A stretch of 61,751 bases of DNA, the filler included. It is 5 parts of 5 records of this genome, joined end to end, with 100 filler letters (N's around TTAATTAATTAA, not from the genome) between each part and the next. Parts side by side here need not be neighbours in the genome. Positions count along the whole stretch, not along the records: positions 8,269 to 17,652 come from SRR31156797_1207; positions 17,753 to 32,650 come from SRR31156797_1211; 3 more parts are not named here. One strand, 5' to 3'. Below, piece by piece: positions 8,277-17,757 of this stretch (its first letter is position 1; every line of letters starts with the position of its first letter). A model generated the notes under the pieces. That model was not told the DNA's origin. It ran no database searches and worked only from the letters and a program-made list of their open reading frames with translations. Made by a program: the position numbers and the translations under genes.

Positions 8277-11200
8277 TCAGATTTTGGGGTCCATTATAAG
8301 TATTGAGAGCAGATTGTTTACGACTTCTTCAATGTCCTGAAGTTTAATTCGAATATTTTTCACATCAAAACTCTGGGAAAATCTGCACAATTCAGTTCCG
8401 CAGTTAATCAGTTTCAGAATATTATGTTCTTTTCCCAGGGATTGCAGGCTATTTCCAAACCCTCTGATTTCACCCATTGTCATGGCCCCCTGCAAAGGCC
8501 TTAAAGACGGTATGACATCGTTTTCCAGGGAAGACAACAATTGGGATGGGTTGGCAATGTCTCTAAAAGAGAGTTCCTCGACCATAACATCGCTTTTCAA
8601 ATGTTCCTTTTTATTGGTACGACAACTCAGATAATTCGATAATTCCGCAAAGAGCCTGCTTATTTTAACAGGCTTCGAAATATATACGTCAAACCCTTTC
8701 TCTAATATTTCAGCCCGTTCAATGGATGTTGCAAATGCCGTCACGGCAAAAACGGGAATGTTTCTTGTTTTTAGATTGGCTTTCAGCCGCCTTGTCGCTT
8801 CAATACCGTCCATTCCCGGCATTCTTATATCCATCAGAATAATATCGGGTTGATATTCTCCCGCGATAATCAAGGCTTCCTGCCCGTTTTCCGCCGTAAG
8901 AACATCCAGATTGACCTGGGCAAGCAACTCCTTCAGCAGAATGCGATTGTATTCAACATCATCCACAACCAATATTTTCGCCTTTTCAAAAGAGATGCTC
9001 TTTGCGTTTAAAGAATCTTCCTCTGAGGTCACTATATCCGATACGGAAATTTCCACGTCCCGAAAGGTGACTTGGAAAAGACTGCCCTCACCATACCGGC
9101 TCTTGACCGAGATCTGACCGTTCATCATCTCCGTGAGTCTTTTGCATATGGTAAGCCCCAGTCCCGTACCGCCGTATCGGGTTCTATGCATGGCGTCTTC
9201 CTGACGGAATGCTTCAAAAATGGATTCCAGTCCTTTGTCCGATATTCCGATGCCTGAATCCTCCACCGATATGATAACGTCCGTTTGATCCGGCTCATCC
9301 AGAGTGTAGATCTGTTTCGCTGAAAGGCGGATATGCCCCTTTTCCGTAAATTTTAAGGCATTGCCCACAAGGTTGAGCAGAATCTGCCTGAGTCTTGTTT
9401 CATCGAGCATAAGCGGATAATTCAGGTTATTATCAATCTCAACGAGAAACCGAAGATTTTTTTCTTCCGCCTTCATTCGGAATATCTGTTCTATCTCCTC
9501 GAAAATCACTTGCAGATGTACCGGAGTGTATTGTATATCCATTTTCCTTGCCTCGATCTTTGACAGGTCAAGGATATCGTTTATAAGGGTTAACAGGTTT
9601 TTTCCGGATGTTTTTATGGCATCAAGATAACTTTTTTCCTTGTCATCGGAAACAATGGACGATAAGAATTCACTGAATCCCGTCACGGCATTCAGAGGCG
9701 TTCGCAATTCATGACTCATATTCGCAAGGAATTCGCTCTTGGCCCGGTTGGCGGTTTCAGCGTCTTCTTTTGCTCTGATCAGCGCCTTTGTACGCTCTTC
9801 AACAAGTTCTTCAAGGTGATCACGGTGTTTTTTCAGTTCATCCTCGGCATTTTTACGCTCGGTTATATCCACGATTACACCATCAAGCCATAGGAATTCG
9901 CCTGTATCATCGAAAATGCCATTCCCTTTTTCATGAACCCATTTGATGTTTCCGTCCCTGGTGACGATACGGTATTCAATGGTATACGGCCTCATGTTCA
10001 TTACACTATCGTGAACAAAGCGGATAACGAAGTCTCTGTCTTCAGGGCAAATGATGCTGGCAAAAGAACGCACTTCATTTTTAACAAAATCCCCGGCAGG
10101 ATACCCGGATATTTTTGTCACCTCTCCGCTGACAAATTCCATTGTCCAATCAGCGTCATTTGCACATCGGTAAACGATTCCCGGAATATTGTCAACCAGG
10201 GACCTGAATCTTTTATCAGAGATTCTAAGGGATTCTTCAGCCCGTCTTCGTTCGGCGTTTTCAAGTTCCATTGCCCTGATTTTATCCTGTATGACATGCC
10301 GCATATGTGAAAAACTGCCCGCCAGCCGCCCCAGTTCATCCGTCCTTTCCTCATCCAGCTGTATATCATGACCGCCGAATGCCATATGATTTGCCGCTTC
10401 TGCAAACTTATTCAGTGGAACGGCTATCTGTCTGTGAAGTACCATATAAAGAATATATATCTCTATCAGCAGGGAGATAACCCCAAGTATCAGAATCAAA
10501 CTGGCTGTACTGAAAGCCCGTTCTTCAATAATCGACATGGGAAAAACAGTCATGAAATACCAGTCGGGCTCGTCTATTCTGGTTACTGCAATATATTCGC
10601 GACTGCCTGGGTTCGCCAGGACTGTCGTGTGGGACGGCTTGTTTGTAACGAGTTCAAATATGCTTTTCAGGTGCAAATCACCGGATTTCATGATATCAAA
10701 GACCCCTCTGCCGGCCTGAATTTCTTTCATTTTTTCCGGATGGGCAATGAGACGGCCGTCAGATCGGAAAATAATGTTATATGCGCCATCAAGATGGTCA
10801 TGAATTGCCCGTTCAAGCAGTTCATTCAGGGTAACGTCATGACTTATCGTTGCAATCTGCTTGCCAGCCATATATACAGGCGTTGAGCAGGAAAGCATAA
10901 ACAGTTTTGATACATCATCAAGAAAAAGCCCTGTCCAGACTGTTTCACGAGAAGGATTATGCCGGTGATCGGCAACCCAGACATATTCTTCATCAGGCAT
11001 ATATAAATCCGTTGTCGCCTTCTGACACCAATCGGGTTGCTCCGGCCAGTAAACGACCATAATATTTTCCGGTGTTGTTATATATGTGTCCTGAAACCGG
11101 TTATGCCATGCCCGTCCGTAACTGTTGCACAATTTGTAAAAAGTAATGACGCGTCTGCGAATCTCGGCTTCGATTTCCAGGTTTTCATCAATATAGACTC

Positions 11201-11519
11201 CGGCCTGATCAAGACCGTCAAAAGAATCAGGACGATTCCTCGTAACGCCGTCTTCATGTTTTATGAACAAGCGGTCAAAATCGGCTTTGGGGTCACGATT
11301 TCCAAGTTTCTCAAGAGACTTCAGGACGGCTTTCCTGAGCACCTCATGATTATCTTTGGCAAGAAGAAAAATAGCCCTTTCCCGCTGTCCCCTTTCGATA
11401 ACGTATTTTTCAAGCTGACCGAGCGCCTGTTCCTTTAAGTTGCCAATCATATGGAAATAGGCAATCGTCGTACCGATTATGATAACCAGCCCGATCCTGA
11501 TACCAATATTGATCAGCAT
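8277..11519 (-). CDS. Hybrid sensor histidine kinase (TM / Cache-like / TM / HAMP / PAS / HisKA / HATPase / REC)
   Basis: [15 protein letters not shown]-box, [28 protein letters not shown], receiver [40 protein letters not shown]. Confidence 0.93.
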   Translation of the reverse strand: MLINIGIRIGLVIIIGTTIAYFHMIGNLKEQALGQLEKYVIERGQRERAIFLLAKDNHEVLRKAVLKSLEKLGNRDPKADFDRLFIKHEDGVTRNRPDSFDGLDQAGVYIDENLEIEAEIRRRVITFYKLCNSYGRAWHNRFQDTYITTPENIMVVYWPEQPDWCQKATTDLYMPDEEYVWVADHRHNPSRETVWTGLFLDDVSKLFMLSCSTPVYMAGKQIATISHDVTLNELLERAIHDHLDGAYNIIFRSDGRLIAHPEKMKEIQAGRGVFDIMKSGDLHLKSIFELVTNKPSHTTVLANPGSREYIAVTRIDEPDWYFMTVFPMSIIEERAFSTASLILILGVISLLIEIYILYMVLHRQIAVPLNKFAEAANHMAFGGHDIQLDEERTDELGRLAGSFSHMRHVIQDKIRAMELENAERRRAEESLRISDKRFRSLVDNIPGIVYRCANDADWTMEFVSGEVTKISGYPAGDFVKNEVRSFASIICPEDRDFVIRFVHDSVMNMRPYTIEYRIVTRDGNIKWVHEKGNGIFDDTGEFLWLDGVIVDITERKNAEDELKKHRDHLEELVEERTKALIRAKEDAETANRAKSEFLANMSHELRTPLNAVTGFSEFLSSIVSDDKEKSYLDAIKTSGKNLLTLINDILDLSKIEARKMDIQYTPVHLQVIFEEIEQIFRMKAEEKNLRFLVEIDNNLNYPLMLDETRLRQILLNLVGNALKFTEKGHIRLSAKQIYTLDEPDQTDVIISVEDSGIGISDKGLESIFEAFRQEDAMHRTRYGGTGLGLTICKRLTEMMNGQISVKSRYGEGSLFQVTFRDVEISVSDIVTSEEDSLNAKSISFEKAKILVVDDVEYNRILLKELLAQVNLDVLTAENGQEALIIAGEYQPDIILMDIRMPGMDGIEATRRLKANLKTRNIPVFAVTAFATSIERAEILEKGFDVYISKPVKISRLFAELSNYLSCRTNKKEHLKSDVMVEELSFRDIANPSQLLSSLENDVIPSLRPLQGAMTMGEIRGFGNSLQSLGKEHNILKLINCGTELCRFSQSFDVKNIRIKLQDIEEVVNNLLSILIMDPKI

Positions 11520-11928
11520 TCTTCGTGTAATTGAAGCTCTGCCGGAGGATCGTTTTTCATAAGCACCACTTATCTTATTGATTCTGTGCTAAACACCAGG
11601 GGAAATACCATGTTGCATTTTCCATCTGCGGATCAAAGACTTGATAGAATCGAAAACAAACAAAGATTCGGACATGCTCCCAATCTTCGAGGGATGGATC
11701 GGGTTCGTAAGATTTTTGCGCCCGGATATGAGATTCAACCATAAAGACTGTTAACATTTTTTTTATCCACTATAAAAGAAAGGCTCGGTTCCAGTCAAGA
11801 CAATTGGATTTACCTTGATGGTCCTGAGCATGGAATGCTATGCTGCCCTAAAGGCCATAGCCTTTAATCAATTATTAATTGATATTGCCAGTTTAAAATG
11901 GAAAAGAGCCTGAAAATCTGAAAGACTT

Positions 11929-12462
11929 ATGAAATTGAAAATTCTCATAACCGGAGAACCGGGGGTTGGTAAGACGACTCTCATTAAAAAATTGTCCGAC
12001 ACACTGGGTAACTATTCCATAAATGGATTTTACACCCAGGAAATCAGAGACTACGGAAAAAGAAAAGGGTTTGAGTTGAAAGGATTCAACAATGAAACCG
12101 CCATCCTTTCCCATGTAAACATTCAAACGGCATTCAGGGTTGGAAAATACGGTGTGGATATTTCAGCTTTTGAATCATTTCTTGATTCCATTGATTTTTT
12201 CAGTTCTGAAACCGAACTGATTCTAATAGATGAAATTGGAAAAATGGAATGCTTTTCCTCAAGATTTACCCATCTTATCCAGGATATTTTTCAAAGGGAC
12301 AGGCCTGTTATTGCAACCATTGCCTTGAAAGGATCGGGTATCATTTCAAAAATTAAAAACCGGCCAGATATACGGATAATTAAAATCACCAGGGAAAACA
12401 GGAATCAAATTCTCAAAGAATTGCTCGAATCCGTTCATATGAAAATCATTAAAAAGAAGTAA
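11929..12462 (+). CDS. THEP1/NTPase_1-family nucleoside triphosphatase
   Basis: ILITGEPGVGKTTL, GFYTQEIR..GKRKGF, RVGKYGVD, LILIDEIGKME. Confidence 0.9.
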   Translation: MKLKILITGEPGVGKTTLIKKLSDTLGNYSINGFYTQEIRDYGKRKGFELKGFNNETAILSHVNIQTAFRVGKYGVDISAFESFLDSIDFFSSETELILIDEIGKMECFSSRFTHLIQDIFQRDRPVIATIALKGSGIISKIKNRPDIRIIKITRENRNQILKELLESVHMKIIKKK

Positions 12463-13435
12463 AAAAGATACAAAGGCTTTTTACAAGTTGTGCCATGAAC
12501 CCAAAATCCAGATACTCCATGGAATCGGTCCGAAGATGATAGCGGGGATTCCGATAAAAAGCCGTATCTGTAATCATGACCGCCTTATACCCCTGATTCC
12601 AGAATGATGTGTGGTCGCTGAGCCTGACATTTGGAAGCAGAAAACCGCTCAACGGCACCGTCAGCTTGACCACTGGAAGATCAGGATTTGTTTCAAAGGC
12701 TTTAAATAGAGCGTCGGTAAATATTCTTGATTTGAAGTTTCCAACGATCCCGATAAAATCACCTGTTTTCGGGTAGCCCAAAAACATGAGTGGAAATGGA
12801 TACGCCTGGCACCCAGGTTCATGGCATGTATATCCCACCATCTCAAGACAAATCATGCCATCAATTTTCTCATTATGCTTTTTCGCCTCCCGGGCATAGA
12901 CTCTGCTTCCCATGAAGCGTGTCCCGTATACCGGGGGTTCCTCCAGGGCAAAAGATACAAACTTGACGGCAAGATCGATATTCTGTTTTTCTTTTATGCT
13001 GGCCAATTCCCTGGCGACTTCCATCTGTACTGCAACAGCACTGGCATTGTCATCGGCTCCGACAGTTCCCGACACAGAGTCATAATGTGCACCAACCAGA
13101 TATACAATCGACGGATTGGAACCAAGATCAATCCTGGCAACAATGTTAGCAACGGTTTTTTTTCCATAGGCATACGGTTTACGGTCAGGTGCAATGTTGA
13201 TCGTCCTGTAAAAAGATTCAATGTAGTCCGCTGTCCTGTCAAGGTTGTCCGGTTTGTAAACACTTCGCTCACCAATGGTTTTGGTAAGTTCTTTAACATG
13301 CTTTTCAAGGCGTTGTCCGGTCTTCTCGATATCAATCATACGATCCTCTCTGCCAATGCATAAACCGGATGGAATGATAGGGAATATCATTAGGAGAAAA
13401 ATCACAACGGGTTTCATCCAACCCGGACAATTCAT
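12449..13435 (-). CDS. M28-family metallopeptidase with N-terminal signal/anchor
   Basis: VGAHYDSV, GADDNASAVA, LEEPP, CLEMVGY, RLSDH, YH. ATGA overlap with the upstream gene. Confidence 0.88.
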   Translation of the reverse strand: MNCPGWMKPVVIFLLMIFPIIPSGLCIGREDRMIDIEKTGQRLEKHVKELTKTIGERSVYKPDNLDRTADYIESFYRTINIAPDRKPYAYGKKTVANIVARIDLGSNPSIVYLVGAHYDSVSGTVGADDNASAVAVQMEVARELASIKEKQNIDLAVKFVSFALEEPPVYGTRFMGSRVYAREAKKHNEKIDGMICLEMVGYTCHEPGCQAYPFPLMFLGYPKTGDFIGIVGNFKSRIFTDALFKAFETNPDLPVVKLTVPLSGFLLPNVRLSDHTSFWNQGYKAVMITDTAFYRNPRYHLRTDSMEYLDFGFMAQLVKSLCIFFTSF

Positions 13436-14412
13436 AGGGAAAGGTTCAATGCCAACAAGCGTTTCAATTTGTACGCTGTTTTCAGGGCCGTATCTTTCAA
13501 TTCCCGACTTAAATAACCCGATTCGAAAGACCGTTTCAGGTCCTCTTCGTCAATGATGGCAACTTTTCCATCCGGCCATCGGACAACATCAATTTCCAGG
13601 TCCACATATCTGATTTTGTCAGGATATAATTCAATCATGGTGTTGATGTTATAGTATTCGCCGATAAGCCGCCCATCCCGGCGAAAATAGGCGTGCTTAT
13701 AAAACCAATTCCCTTCCCTTAGCTCACTGATAGCATAATCTCCCTCTTTTTTGGGAAGATTCAGTCCGTCAAATTTGCTCCCCCCCTTAAACATTATTCG
13801 CTTGAGCATGAGTTTTCCCTGCTCCGGATTTGATCCGATAATTTCGCCCGGGGAAAGAGAAAGAACCTGACCGCTTGATTTCACATGGTCAATGCCGATC
13901 TTTTTTCCTTTCTTCAGCCGATCCCAGATCAATCGTCTGGCTGCGTCCCGACTGATGCTCTCTCTTCTATCGGAATGAATTAAAAGCTCCCGGGACTCCA
14001 CCTCATCGACATAATCAGAGTCAATGAGCCGCAACCGATGATGATTCAGTACCGTGGTCACAACCCTGTTCCTGAAATCATCTAATCTGGATTTTGCCAG
14101 ACAAGGAAATTCAAACTGCATAAAACCGGGGAGAGCCTTTCCGTCTTTTCGACAGATGGCATCAAAAAAAGCCTGTCGAATCAACTCCGCCACATGGGTT
14201 AATTGTTCCGGATTACCTGCCAGGATAATTCCCTGTCCGTCTTCCTTGTCCTCGATTTCCACTCCAATGGGCTTATGGAATTCAAATTTGCTGAAATTTC
14301 CGAATCGATCCATAATTGGCTGTGAGGGATCCACAATCGTTAACCCATTCTCTAAAAAAAAACGTGTCAATGCGGTGGAATAGATCCCTCTTAATTTCAG
14401 CGTCACGTCCAT
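13432..14412 (-). CDS. FAU-1 (AU-binding RNase)-like protein with a C-terminal DUF402 domain
   Basis: N-terminal LRGIYSTALT..IVDPS, central EFP..AKS.LD..RN.V..T..HH, C-terminal GEYYNINT.IELYPD..RYVDLEIDVVRWPDG..IIDEEDL. All resemble archaeal FAU-1. Confidence 0.8.
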   Translation of the reverse strand: MDVTLKLRGIYSTALTRFFLENGLTIVDPSQPIMDRFGNFSKFEFHKPIGVEIEDKEDGQGIILAGNPEQLTHVAELIRQAFFDAICRKDGKALPGFMQFEFPCLAKSRLDDFRNRVVTTVLNHHRLRLIDSDYVDEVESRELLIHSDRRESISRDAARRLIWDRLKKGKKIGIDHVKSSGQVLSLSPGEIIGSNPEQGKLMLKRIMFKGGSKFDGLNLPKKEGDYAISELREGNWFYKHAYFRRDGRLIGEYYNINTMIELYPDKIRYVDLEIDVVRWPDGKVAIIDEEDLKRSFESGYLSRELKDTALKTAYKLKRLLALNLSL

Positions 14413-15479
14413 TATTCTCTCCGATACCCAATCCCTTTGATTCGAACCAGATTGTTCTTAACTTCTGCCTTTCCTCCGAGTATCTTTTCAATCAACCACA
14501 GCCTCGCTCTGATATGATCCGTCATTTTCGGGATCAAATAAGCACTCCAACCTTCAGCCAAAGCCATAAAGGGGATGACCTGATCTGCCAGATATCTATC
14601 GACCGTGGCCCCCCTCCGCAAATCATCAATGAGTTGTTTCGCTACGCGTTTACCGATAAATTCGGCCGACCTTCTCAGTGCGCCGGCCATATCCGATCCG
14701 ATCAAACACCCCGTATCCGTTCGGGCCCAGATGGCCAGGGAAGCTCCGGCCTGTACGGAAGCCTTCCGATAAACAGGAAACTCCCGGGTATCGTATAAAA
14801 CTTCTATTTGGGGATTATATCCCCTGGCGATTAATTTTTTTTGACATTCCCCTGCCATTCGTTCCGAAACCTTTCTCCCTTTGAGCAGGGATGATAAGGC
14901 GACTCCTTTAATTTCTGTTAATTCACCTTGATCCGTTAAGGTCAGAGGTTTTAAGTGTTTCTTTAACGGATTGACCATCACTTCAATTTGCCCCTTGCCT
15001 TGAGGCACATAACCCGGCCGGCTGATCGTCAGATCAAGATCAGCCCCCATTTCTCTCAGGAGCGGCACTAATACATATTTTAAATGGTATACAGAAGGAG
15101 CAAAATCCTGAAACAGTCCGCCTGAAATTTTATAATTGGAAGGACCATCTGCAAATAAAGCCAAAGGCAAGACGCATAAAGCCAGCATCGTGGCGGAGCC
15201 GGCGGTTCCGATATCCCAATTGAAATGGCCCCCCTTTATTTGTCCTCCGGGCGTAAATGTGATTTCTTTTGATCCGAGTTTTGATCCTTCCAACCGGCCT
15301 CGGCAAAGTTGAGCCGATGCCTCAAGCCCCTTCAGGTGTTGCGCCCTCAACCCCGGCTTATCTCTTTTGGCCCTGATGTTTTTTAAATAAAGATTTTTTC
15401 CAACCAAAACCGAAAATGGCACCGCATCCCTGACGATAGTTCCGGAGCCTGATTTTTGACTGCCATCGATCTCTATCAT
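14412..15479 (-). CDS. rtcA: RNA 3'-terminal phosphate cyclase
   Basis: IEIDGS, IRAKRDKPGLRAQHL, IGTAGS, PGYVPQGKG, DRYLADQ..PFMALA, catalytic His in MTDH. Likely start is ATG 15479. Confidence 0.9.
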   Translation of the reverse strand: MIEIDGSQKSGSGTIVRDAVPFSVLVGKNLYLKNIRAKRDKPGLRAQHLKGLEASAQLCRGRLEGSKLGSKEITFTPGGQIKGGHFNWDIGTAGSATMLALCVLPLALFADGPSNYKISGGLFQDFAPSVYHLKYVLVPLLREMGADLDLTISRPGYVPQGKGQIEVMVNPLKKHLKPLTLTDQGELTEIKGVALSSLLKGRKVSERMAGECQKKLIARGYNPQIEVLYDTREFPVYRKASVQAGASLAIWARTDTGCLIGSDMAGALRRSAEFIGKRVAKQLIDDLRRGATVDRYLADQVIPFMALAEGWSAYLIPKMTDHIRARLWLIEKILGGKAEVKNNLVRIKGIGYRRE

Positions 15480-15988
15480 TTTCAATCTGTCCTTCATAAA
15501 AATTAATGCAACTTGCCTGAAGCCGATTGCGGCTTCCATTTATCCGAAGGGCGGATGAACCTTTGCCATTCTGCGAACAAGATCGAAGGTCTTTTAAAAT
15601 TCAAAAAGTATGTGAAAAAGTGTTTTAAGTTTCATCTCCATATAGATGCATAATGTGCAGGATCATCCGAAAAAGTCAATAATTTCAGGGTGGAGAATAT
15701 TTTTTTTGAAGGACGGGTGTCTGTTTTTTATTTCAATAATATTTTGATCAAGTCCGGCGTTACATTTTTTCTTTTATATTTTTGTTAACAATAAGCAACG
15801 GCCTCATCCCTTAAAGTCATGAGTTTCATTACATAAAAAATATGTAATTTACTCCACACTATTATTTCCATAACCATCCTCCGTGCCAATTTCCAACAAT
15901 TACTTTTGTTAAAATTCCAGTCTAACAAAACGCCGCAATACCGATATAAACCGTACCCTGAAAAACTCTACCTCAATCAAGCAACTTC

Positions 15989-16004
15989 TGGCATATTCAT
16001 TGCT
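15989..16004 (+). promoter_or_regulatory. Sigma54 -24/-12 promoter
   Basis: TGGCAT-ATTCA-TTGCT, near-consensus with correct GG/GC spacing, upstream of the coiled-coil gene. Confidence 0.75.
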
Positions 16005-16077
16005 ACAGCAATAATCATTAACAGTTAACAACTGATGGATGTTATCACAAAAACAAGCCAGACATAGGGTTTTAATC

Positions 16078-17652
16078 ATGAGTTTGAATTACGATAAAAT
16101 AAGTCAAAAGGAAGAATCGCCTCAAACATCGATGAGCTCATACAGCGATCTTTTTGCGGCCCTTGCTTTTATTTTTCTCTTTCTATACGTGATATCTGCC
16201 CTCCAGCTGAGCCTTGAAACCATCTCATCGAGGATTGAATTCAGTAAATTTGAAACACAGCTCAAGGAGTACGAGGTAATCGCCCAGGAGGAAGATACGG
16301 CTTTTGAGGATGAACCCAAAGAGATTAACCTTGAAAAGGTTCTTACACGACTGACGTTACTGGAGAATAAAGCCCGGGAGGCTGCAGAGGATTTTGCCCG
16401 GCAGATCAGCTCGTACCAGGAGAAGGAGAAAGCGCTTCTCAACAATTACCAGACGGTATTCAAACACATAAAAAACAGAAACAACTTTCTGGCCACATCT
16501 TTGTCGCAGCAGAAAATCATCAACAATCAGAACAAAATCGAATTTGATGAATTCCTTAATCGAGAGAGAGAAAAATATCAGGAGGATATAATTGAGGCCC
16601 GCAACCAGATAGCACTGCGGGAAAAGGAGCTTGAGGACCTGAGTGAGACCTCGGAAAACATTGCCCGGAGCAACGAAGAACTGCAAATGCTGGCGGAATC
16701 TCTGGAAGAGAAGATGAAAAGCCAGGAATCGGAGCTGATATCCCTGGCATCGGAAAAATCGGATATTGCCGAAGACAAAGAAAGGCTTCAAATGGCCCAG
16801 GCAAAACTCAGGCAGGAGTTGTCTGAAAAACAGGGCCGTGTGAAAGAGCTGATAAAAGCAAAAGAAATAGGTGATGCGGAAAAAAAGAGACTCCTCGCAG
16901 CCCAGAATAAACTTGAGGATGACCTGAACCGCAGCATGGTCCTTTTACGGAAACAGGAGAGGGATAGACAAAATGCCGTTGCGGAAAGAAACCAGCTGGC
17001 AGTTGTTCAGAGAAAGCTTGAAACACAACTGGGTAAAAGCAGAGCCAGGATAGATCGCATCGAAAGAGACAAGAAAGCCGCCATTACAGAAAAGAAGAGA
17101 CTGGCCGCCCTCCAGAAAAGCCTTGAAAAAGAGTTGGGAAAAAGCAAGACAAAATTAAAAATCATGGAGAAAAAAAGACGTATTGCCAAAGCTCAAAAAG
17201 AAAAGCTCTATGATGCCCATAAAAAACTTTCGGACGACCTGAAAAAGAACAATGCCCGCCTCCTCGCCCTCAAAAAGGGTAAGAATGCCGAGACAGCCGA
17301 TAAAAAGAAACTTATCGCAGCTCAGAACAAGCTCAAAAATGAACTCCTGAAAACGGAAAAGAAGCTTCAGGGCATGGAAAAAATGAATGCAAAGGCAGAT
17401 GCTGACAAAGAAAAACTCCTCGCAGAGAAGCAAAGGGTCCAGCAGGAGCTGGGGGAAAGCAAAGCCAGATATCAGGAAATGGAAAAGGACAAGGCGAATG
17501 CTGATGCTGAAAAAGAGAGACTGGCAGCCGCCCAGAAAGCACTTGAAGATGAGTTGAATCAGACGGCTGACAGGCTCAAGGATATAGAAAAAATGAAAGA
17601 AGCTTCAGATGATGAGAAAGACCGGCTCATTGCCGCCCAGGAAGCGCTTAAG
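16078..17652 (+). CDS. MotB-plug-like membrane-anchored protein with a long repetitive coiled coil, 3'-truncated
   Basis: SSYSDLFAALAFIFLFLYV resembles the MotB TM motif with the conserved Asp and is followed by a continuous heptad pattern. The ORF runs into the N linker. Alternative start at 16039. Confidence 0.7.
16768..17652 (+). repeat. About 8.5 degenerate 35-aa (105-nt) coiled-coil repeats
   Basis: Units such as DAEKKRLLAAQNKLEDDLNRS.., ITEKKRLAALQKSLEKELGKS.. and DAEKERLAAAQKALEDELNQT.. recur every 35 codons. Confidence 0.85.
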
Positions 17653-17752
17653 NNNNNNNNNNNNNNNNNNNNNNNNNNNNNNNNNNNNNNNNNNNNTTAA
17701 TTAATTAANNNNNNNNNNNNNNNNNNNNNNNNNNNNNNNNNNNNNNNNNNNN
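17653..17752. other. Artificial contig linker
   Basis: N-run / TTAATTAATTAA / N-run. Confidence 0.99.
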
Positions 17753-17757
17753 ATTTT

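Noticed and set aside
15505-15570. rtcA leader as a c-di-GMP riboswitch or hammerhead ribozyme
   Set aside because: It lacks the GEMM GNRA/receptor pattern and the hammerhead CUGANGA/GAAA core.
15480-15700. Sigma54/RtcR-type promoter for rtcA
   Set aside because: The minus-strand TGGCAA near 15567 has no TTGC at the required spacing.
16078-17652. Calling the MotB-plug protein a Zorya ZorB
   Set aside because: There is no zorA upstream, and ZorB proteins are short. The long tail in Zorya belongs to ZorA.
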